30,861 nt of DNA from positions 1-30,861 of IMG/VR virus record IMGVR_UViG_3300037309_000307. One strand, written 5' to 3'. Below are positions 25,135 to 30,861 of the stretch, in pieces. The translations under genes were made by a program, and so were the position numbers. Source of the stretch: a virus. Its lineage: Duplodnaviria > Caudoviricetes. The notes beneath the pieces were generated by a model, which saw only the letters and a list, made by a program, of their open reading frames with translations, was not told the DNA's origin and did no database searches. Within the stretch, counting starts at the first letter, position 1; the number at the start of each line of letters is the position of its first letter.

Positions 25135-26374
25135 CGGGATCGTCCTCGTCATCAGGGGCAGAGTCGGCTGCCGGGTTCATTGCGCCGCGGCTCAGCTCGT
25201 CGGCCGGCCCGCCGCGCGGGGCCAGCTCCTCCAGCCCGCGGACCTCGTCCTGCGTCATCCACGCTGGCGTGCCCCCGGCGCCGAGCGCCTTGGAATAGAA
25301 GTCCCCGCGATCCTTCGCCGCGCCGCGCATCAGCGCGTTCGGATTGAACTTGGTGTAGAGCCCGGCCGCCCGCTCTTCGGGCGTGAGCAGGTTGACGTCG
25401 GCTGACTGCTCAAGCCGCTCGTACCAGGGCATCATGGTGTGCACGACGTGCGCGAGGAACATTTGCTCGGCGCTGGCATAGGTGGCGGTCTTGTCGGCCT
25501 GGCCGACCATGATCGGCATGACCCGCATCGCCCGGCAGACTTCCTCGACCTGGTAACGCCGGGTGGCGAGGTGCTCGGCGTCGACGCCCGACATCGAGGT
25601 CTTCTCGAACTTGGCGCCGTTGTCGAGCAGAAGGGTCTCGCCCTCGCGCTTGCCGCCGGCCTTGAACTGATCCATCCAGGCGGCCAGCTGTTCGAACCTC
25701 TCCGGCGTCAGCTGGTTCTGGACCGTGTAGATGCCCGATACCCGCGCCCCGCCCTTGTGCAGGTCGGCGTGCGCGCTCTCGGTCGCCAGCGACAGGCCCA
25801 GCGCCTCGCGAGCGAGGCGGGTGATATCGAGCCCCAGCCAGCTGTTCCAGCTCGGCCCGCGCACGTGCCAGACATCCTCAGCCGGGATCTCGCGCTCGCT
25901 GCCGTTCTCAGGCCGGTAATGGTAGCGCAGCCGCATTCCGTCATCGCGCTCGACCCGCATGTACCCGGGCTCGAACGGCTCAAGGCTGGCGAGCCGCCGC
26001 GCCGATCCCACCCGCAGCTTCTGGATGAAGGCATTACCCCCCAGTGCCGTGTGGAACATCAGCGTCTCGCGGAACTCGAAGCTGGTCTGCCACGGGTTCG
26101 GCCGGCGGTAGAGTAGATCGTAGACCGGGTGGTCGCGCTCCTCCATTCGGCCCGGCCCGCCGACGTGCAGCTTCCACGGCACCTGCGACACACCCTCGGC
26201 CAGCACGCGCGCACACGCGAGCATGGTCATGACCTGCAGCGCAGTCTGCCAGGTGATGCGCTGGCCGGAGCCCGACATCACCCCGCCCCCAATCAGCCGC
26301 GCCAGCTCGCGGCTCGACATCTTGGCTTCGCTCTGACCGCGCGGTGCGATCAGGCTGCCGAGGAAACCCTTCAT
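25127..26374 (-). CDS. HK97-family portal protein
   Basis: RPNPWQTSFEFRE, GNAF, EDVWHVRG, EEVCRAMRV, EVRGLEEL. Confidence 0.95.
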   Translation of the reverse strand: MKGFLGSLIAPRGQSEAKMSSRELARLIGGGVMSGSGQRITWQTALQVMTMLACARVLAEGVSQVPWKLHVGGPGRMEERDHPVYDLLYRRPNPWQTSFEFRETLMFHTALGGNAFIQKLRVGSARRLASLEPFEPGYMRVERDDGMRLRYHYRPENGSEREIPAEDVWHVRGPSWNSWLGLDITRLAREALGLSLATESAHADLHKGGARVSGIYTVQNQLTPERFEQLAAWMDQFKAGGKREGETLLLDNGAKFEKTSMSGVDAEHLATRRYQVEEVCRAMRVMPIMVGQADKTATYASAEQMFLAHVVHTMMPWYERLEQSADVNLLTPEERAAGLYTKFNPNALMRGAAKDRGDFYSKALGAGGTPAWMTQDEVRGLEELAPRGGPADELSRGAMNPAADSAPDDEDDPDA

Positions 26375-26571
26375 GCAGCGCGCCGCGCGGCCATCACGCT
26401 CAAGGCGAGCAGGGTCAGCCCGGCGATGATCCAGGCCGTCGGCCGGTGAATCTGGTCGATGCCGTGCACGACCATGACCGCGCCAGCGAGGCTGGCGAGA
26501 TCGGTGCCCAGCGCGCGCGCGATCGCAGCCGCGCGCCGGGCTGGCGACGGCTGCGGGGATTGCAGTGTCAT
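26371..26571 (-). CDS. Small membrane protein between terminase and portal
   Basis: 66 aa, ATGA overlaps at both ends, two hydrophobic segments. Confidence 0.65.
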   Translation of the reverse strand: MTLQSPQPSPARRAAAIARALGTDLASLAGAVMVVHGIDQIHRPTAWIIAGLTLLALSVMAARRAA

Positions 26572-28298
26572 GCGTTCATTACCTCCCAGAACGACTGGGT
26601 TGATTCCGTGCCGACCATCGACGCACCAAGCGCCATGATCAGCGCCACCGGGCTGTCGATCTTCGCCTCGGCGCGCGGCTTTCTCGGGTAGACGTTGTCC
26701 TTCGCGTCGAGCATCGCGACGACGTTGTTCATCTGCCATTCCATGACGGCGCAGGCGCCATGGGCGATGGTGCCGGCGCGGGTGACCGCGTCGACCTGCT
26801 TCATTGGCTCGCTCATGTTGAGCACGATCTGCCGATACTCGAGCATCGGCATCCCGGCCTTCATCGCAGTCGTGGCGAAATAGTTGGCCTGGTGCGGGTC
26901 ATAGGGGACCTGCTCCAGCTGCAGGACCTTGCTGATCTCCTCGAGCTTCAGCAGGATCTCGTCGTAATCGAGGATCGGCCCCGGGTTCACCGTCAGCAGA
27001 TCCATCTTGTCCCAGCCAGCATAGGCCGGGACTTCGCTTACCGTGTCCGCCGGGACGAAGTACCAGCCCGTCCGGATGTAGGGGTCCTCCGGTGTCGCCT
27101 GCGCGCCCTCGGGCAGGATCAGCAGCTCCAGCGCGCCAAGGTCGATCTTCGATGCAAGATCCATCCCGGCGATCGCGCGCCGGCCGCGCAGCCGCTCGAG
27201 CGCGAGGACGTCGTCCCCGCGCGGCGGCAGCCAGTCCCGCTTGCACTTGCGCCAGGCCTCGATGTCGAAATAGGCCGCGCGCGCCGCGACCCACATGTCG
27301 AGGTGCTTGGTCTTGAACGCCCCCGCCTTGCGCGGCGTCCTGACCGCGTCGCGCTGGCGGGCGAACAGGTAGTCCTCGAGCACCGAGACGCCCATGTTCG
27401 GGTTCGCTTTGCGGAGCGCGATCTCCGACTTCCAGTCGTCGTCCTCGTCAATCGTGTACTCGACGAAGAAGGTCTCGTGGTCGAGCGGGAACCTGCCCCC
27501 CTCGCAACCGATCCCCTGCAGCTTGTCACGCTCCTCGAGGATCGAGGCGTAGCACGGCCCGGCGAGGTTATCGCCGGCGGTCGTGATGATGATCTGCAAG
27601 GGCTGCTCGCGCGCGCCCATGCCGGTCATCATCGTCTCGACCTGAGCATCGTCGTCGTGCTCGTGGTACTCGTCGTGGATCGAGCAGCTCGGGCTCTGCC
27701 CGTCGCCGGGATCGCCCGTGATCGTCTCGAACCGCGACTGGTCGCCGTGCCGCACGAGGCTCTTGGCATTGACCTCGATCCCCAGCGCCGATGTCAGCTG
27801 CGGCGATCGCAGCGCCATCAGCCGCGCCGGCCGGAACACTTCCCACGCCTGGTACTCGGTCGTTGCGCCCGAATAGACTTCGGCCCCCGGCTCGCCGTCC
27901 ATGCAGAACATGTAGAGCCCTGCGCCGGCCGCGATGATCGACTTGCCGTTCTTGCGCGGCACGACGACGTAGAGGACGCGATAGCGCCGCAGCCCGTTGG
28001 CCTTGCGCAGCCACCCGAAGGCGTTGGCGAAGATCCAGACCTGCCACGGCTCGAGGCTGATCGTCTCGCGCGATCGTGCCCACTTGCCCTTCGTGTGCGG
28101 CAGGCACTCGATGAAGGCGCAGAACTTGGTGACCTTGCGCGGCTCGAACCGGAACGGAAACTCCTTCCGGCGCTGCTCTTTCAGCTCCTCAAGAAACCGC
28201 TCGCACTGCAGCCGGATCCACTTGCATGCCGGCTGCTTCCCGCTGACGACGTCTCGCGCATACTGCCTGGCGATCGCCGCGTAGTCTCTGGTCTCCAC
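26568..28298 (-). CDS. terL: Terminase large subunit
   Basis: LEPWQ, Walker A VPRKNGKS, DEYHEH, ITTAG, nuclease GMDLAS, YDP, KIDSPVA. Confidence 0.96.
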   Translation of the reverse strand: METRDYAAIARQYARDVVSGKQPACKWIRLQCERFLEELKEQRRKEFPFRFEPRKVTKFCAFIECLPHTKGKWARSRETISLEPWQVWIFANAFGWLRKANGLRRYRVLYVVVPRKNGKSIIAAGAGLYMFCMDGEPGAEVYSGATTEYQAWEVFRPARLMALRSPQLTSALGIEVNAKSLVRHGDQSRFETITGDPGDGQSPSCSIHDEYHEHDDDAQVETMMTGMGAREQPLQIIITTAGDNLAGPCYASILEERDKLQGIGCEGGRFPLDHETFFVEYTIDEDDDWKSEIALRKANPNMGVSVLEDYLFARQRDAVRTPRKAGAFKTKHLDMWVAARAAYFDIEAWRKCKRDWLPPRGDDVLALERLRGRRAIAGMDLASKIDLGALELLILPEGAQATPEDPYIRTGWYFVPADTVSEVPAYAGWDKMDLLTVNPGPILDYDEILLKLEEISKVLQLEQVPYDPHQANYFATTAMKAGMPMLEYRQIVLNMSEPMKQVDAVTRAGTIAHGACAVMEWQMNNVVAMLDAKDNVYPRKPRAEAKIDSPVALIMALGASMVGTESTQSFWEVMNA

Positions 28299-28304
28299 AT
28301 CGCC

Positions 28305-28514
28305 TTATGCGGGCTTTGCTTCCCAGTCCGCAGGGTGCTCGCGGATCAGAAGGTCGCATCCAGAATGGACATGAAACACACCCCGGCTGTTCTTCTCGAC
28401 CTTGCCGAGGGTGGCCCACTCACCGCCCTCGACAGGTTCGCGCTCCGCATCCAGCGGGAACTGCATCACTTCGACCGGCCAGTCGTGCGTGGTGATCGTA
28501 ACGGTCGTGGTCAT
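28305..28514 (-). CDS. Hypothetical protein between terS and terL
   Basis: 69 aa, AAAGGA RBS, fills the gap exactly. Confidence 0.7.
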   Translation of the reverse strand: MTTTVTITTHDWPVEVMQFPLDAEREPVEGGEWATLGKVEKNSRGVFHVHSGCDLLIREHPADWEAKPA

Positions 28515-28526
28515 GGTGACGTCCTT

Positions 28527-29015
28527 TCAGAGATTTGCGAGCGCCAAGAACGGGTTGTCCTCAGGCTTCTGGCCCTCGCCGAGCCGTAGCGCCGTCGCCG
28601 GCGTGATCATCAATTCGCCCAGCAGCGCATGCGCATGGCGCATCGCATCGCTCAGCATCTGCACCTCGGGGCGCTTGCGGATCATGATTCCATGCGCGGT
28701 AGTGGCCTCGTAGGTGTCACCCTCTACTTCGAGCACCGCCTGCCAGCGCTTGATCTGCTCAAGCCGCTGGGCGAGCAACGCAACGATCTCGACATAGTGC
28801 GGCGACGCCCGCCCCTGCTGCTCGAGGATTTGCGCGATCGACCCGAACAGCAGCTGCGCATGTTCCGACAAATGGAAGGGCGCGAGCATGCTGCCGACGA
28901 TCGCCGGCGGCGGCGCCTCGCCATCACGATCGGCGCGCTCGGTCCCCCGCAGGCGCTTGACCGCAGGCTCGATCCGCTTACGACCCGAGTTCGGCCGAGC
29001 TCCCCCACGGGCCAT
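28527..29015 (-). CDS. terS: Terminase small subunit, P27 family
   Basis: MARGGARPNSGRK...LRG, PFHLSEHA, ELMITPA, DNPF. Confidence 0.9.
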   Translation of the reverse strand: MARGGARPNSGRKRIEPAVKRLRGTERADRDGEAPPPAIVGSMLAPFHLSEHAQLLFGSIAQILEQQGRASPHYVEIVALLAQRLEQIKRWQAVLEVEGDTYEATTAHGIMIRKRPEVQMLSDAMRHAHALLGELMITPATALRLGEGQKPEDNPFLALANL

Positions 29016-29029
29016 CTTTTTACCTTTTG

Positions 29030-29105
29030 AAATCGCCCACGCAAAAAAAGACTTAGGGCGACGGTGTCCGGCTCAATCCCCCCCAGAGATCGACCCACCC
29101 CCCGG
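29030..29105 (-). other. Putative cos region (core near 29055-29066)
   Basis: Between HNH and terS. Minus strand GGGGGGTGGGTC...CACCGTCGCCCT-AAGTCTTTTTTTGCG (G-run, GC core, T-run) fits the layout of cos sites in HNH/P27 phages. Confidence 0.5.
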
Positions 29106-29414
29106 CCCATGCCGCGCCTCGATCCGCTCGCGGAGCGATTTCGCCTCGTGGTGAGGCTTGCACAGCGCCTGCTTGTTCGACCGCGCCTCGCTCCCACCCA
29201 GCGCCAGCGGCACCACGTGATCGACCTGCGTCGCCTGGACCCGCTTGCCCTCAGCCAGACACGCGCGGCAGAACGGTTCCTCGGCCAGCACCTCGGCCCG
29301 CATCCGCTGCCCGGCCCGACCGCGCACACGCCGGTCCTGATAGCCGACCCGCCGCTCCCACGGCTCCCGATCCCTCCAGCCCGGAGGCCGGAACACCGGA
29401 GGCCGCTCGGCCAT
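29073..29414 (-). CDS. Packaging-associated HNH endonuclease (HK97 gp74-like)
   Basis: CRAC...VDHVVPLALGG...NKQALCKPHH; located directly upstream of terS. Confidence 0.9.
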   Translation of the reverse strand: MAERPPVFRPPGWRDREPWERRVGYQDRRVRGRAGQRMRAEVLAEEPFCRACLAEGKRVQATQVDHVVPLALGGSEARSNKQALCKPHHEAKSLRERIEARHGPGGGSISGGD

Positions 29415-29641
29415 CAGTCGACCTCGACGCCGTAGGTCCGCAGTTCCCGGTCTAGGAGGGCAATCTGCGCCCTGCACTCGCCGATGATGGCAGGCCGCAC
29501 CACGGCCTTGATGCTGTCGCTGGCGATCGCCGCGCCGACCGAAAGGTTGATGAGCCCCAGCTCGGCCGCGTCGACCATCTCCTGCAGCTTCTGCCGCTGC
29601 GAGACCAGCGCCATGACCGCCGGCAATTGGGTCGCCTTCAC
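29414..29641 (-). CDS. Hypothetical protein
   Basis: 75 aa, coupled on both sides (GTGA and TGATG overlaps). Confidence 0.65.
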   Translation of the reverse strand: MKATQLPAVMALVSQRQKLQEMVDAAELGLINLSVGAAIASDSIKAVVRPAIIGECRAQIALLDRELRTYGVEVD

Positions 29642-30168
29642 CGTTGCACCTTGGCCTGCGTGCCGGCCTGCACCGTCCGCACGATGTAGAACGTCTCGCC
29701 GCCCTCCTCGAAGCCAAGACCCTCGCTCTCAAGCGCCTCGCGCGCCTTGCCGCGCAGCCCATCGGCGACCTTGCCCTTGTCGAGCTCATGCCGCGTCCGC
29801 ACGAACTTGCGTCCCCACGCCGTGGAGCGCAGGCTCTCGACGACCGCGTCGATGCTGCCGGTGAACGTCACGCGGCCACGGCCCGCCCGCGTCCCCAGCA
29901 CCGCACCGCCCAGCTCGGCCGAATTGCGCTTGCCCTGGGTGAGCGCCGCCGCATTCGCCTTCCACCACGGCTCCAGCTTGGCCGCGATCGCCGTGCGACG
30001 CGCCACCAGCGGCAGCAGATCTTTGTCGACCTCGGCATTGGCCGCAGCGATGGCCGCGTCGCGGGCCTCCTCCATCGCGGCAATCTCGCCGTCGAGCGCC
30101 GCCCACTGCTCGCACAGCCGCTGCGCCTCGGTCTGACTGCGCGGCGCGCGGATTGCAGAATCAGCCAT
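29638..30168 (-). CDS. gam: Host-nuclease inhibitor, Mu Gam family
   Basis: N-terminal coiled coil, then KRNSAELGGAVLGTR, FVRTRHELDK and ETFYI, matching the Mu Gam pattern. Confidence 0.82.
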   Translation of the reverse strand: MADSAIRAPRSQTEAQRLCEQWAALDGEIAAMEEARDAAIAAANAEVDKDLLPLVARRTAIAAKLEPWWKANAAALTQGKRNSAELGGAVLGTRAGRGRVTFTGSIDAVVESLRSTAWGRKFVRTRHELDKGKVADGLRGKAREALESEGLGFEEGGETFYIVRTVQAGTQAKVQR

Positions 30169-30518
30169 CAACCCTGCTCCAGAAGAAGAACCACTGCCGT
30201 CACCGTCAGCGTCTCGCTTGAGCCAAACTGGTGGTCCACAACCGTGATGATCGCATCGGCCACCAGATGGCCAGGAATCGTGAAATCGGCGTCCTCGAAC
30301 CGCTCGATCAGCCGCTCGCCCGCATCGACCTCGGCGATTCCCTCGAAACGCAGCACCAGCTCGTGCCGCGTGCCGGCAAAGGTGATCGAGGCCCAGGCGC
30401 GCTCCTCGTGGGTGAGCACGCGGCCCGCCCCGTCGGCCAGCCGCAGCACCGCGCTGCGCACCCGGTCCGCCAGCGTCCGGCGGCCGCGCAGCGGGGCAAG
30501 GCTGGCCACGCCGTTCAC
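30168..30518 (-). CDS. Hypothetical protein (WASITFAGTRH motif)
   Basis: GTGA-coupled start; RAWASITFAGTRH...DFTIPGHLVAD. Confidence 0.75.
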   Translation of the reverse strand: MNGVASLAPLRGRRTLADRVRSAVLRLADGAGRVLTHEERAWASITFAGTRHELVLRFEGIAEVDAGERLIERFEDADFTIPGHLVADAIITVVDHQFGSSETLTVTAVVLLLEQG

Positions 30519-30685
30519 GCCCGCCGCCCGAACACCCGGCCAAGCGCCGCTTCCGCCTCGCGCGCCGCGCTCAGCTCCAGCCACACCCGCCGAAGCCAGG
30601 CCCGCTCCACAATCGTGCGGTCACCGTCGGTGCTCTCCGCCTCGCACTTCAGCGCGTCGAGATCAATGAGCTCGGGACAGCTCAC
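30515..30685 (-). CDS. Small hypothetical protein, 56 aa (not in the ORF track)
   Basis: Manual translation MSCPELIDLDALKCEAESTDGDRTIVERAWLRRVWLELSAAREAEAALGRVFGRRA; GTGA overlaps at both ends. Confidence 0.65.
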   Translation of the reverse strand: MSCPELIDLDALKCEAESTDGDRTIVERAWLRRVWLELSAAREAEAALGRVFGRRA

Positions 30686-30861
30686 CCGCCGTGCCCCTCA
30701 GCCCGCGCCCGCATCCAGTCGCGCACGCGCTCCTCGGTCTCGGGCCGCGGCGTGCGCCCCATCCTGAGGTCGAGCACGAAGCGCGGATCGCGGGTCGCCT
30801 CACGGCCAAAGCGCGTCGGGGGCATGTCGTGCGCGCGCAGGAAGGTTTCGATCTCGCGCAG
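30682..30861 (-). CDS. Cro-like small DNA-binding protein (5' end outside the window; not in the ORF track)
   Basis: Manual translation LREIETFLRAHDMPPTRFGREATRDPRFVLDLRMGRTPRPETEERVRDWMRARAEGHGG*; HTH-like. Confidence 0.7.
   Translation of the reverse strand: MREIETFLRAHDMPPTRFGREATRDPRFVLDLRMGRTPRPETEERVRDWMRARAEGHGG

Larger units (their letters stand above)
1017..30861. mobile_element. Prophage (HK97-type head, siphovirus tail) integrated at tRNA-Gln; right end lies outside the window
   Basis: Integrase directly after the tRNA 3' end, followed by packaging, head, tail and lysis modules with no obvious frame disruptions. No second copy of the tRNA 3' end was seen in the window. Confidence 0.93.

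Noticed and set aside
1-30861. Frequent GATC/CGATCG sites as a possible methylase-target signal
   Set aside because: Also present in the host gene and explicable by ATC/GAT codon usage; enrichment cannot be shown without counting

Overview
GC-rich bacterial DNA, most likely a sphingomonad alphaproteobacterium (inferred from composition and gene content). A host yghU-like glutathione S-transferase gene (1-858) and tRNA-Gln(TTG) (942-1016) are followed by a prophage that runs off the right edge of the window. Its left part is an unusual module: P4-type tyrosine integrase, HTH Rep-like gene, then an oppositely oriented DNA adenine methylase with a structured upstream region and a second, paralogous, apparently intact P4-type integrase. 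Both integrases have a 12-bp-period arm-type direct repeat on their upstream side. The rest is one long minus-strand siphovirus gene run. In transcription order it encodes a Cro-like protein, small ORFs, Mu-Gam-like protein, HNH, putative cos, TerS/TerL, HK97-type portal/protease/capsid, neck, tail tube, G/GT chaperone with a -1 frameshift, tape measure, tail tip, a 1429-aa multidomain fibre, and a lysis cassette with overlapping spanins. All product calls come from motif recognition and gene order; no database search was run.
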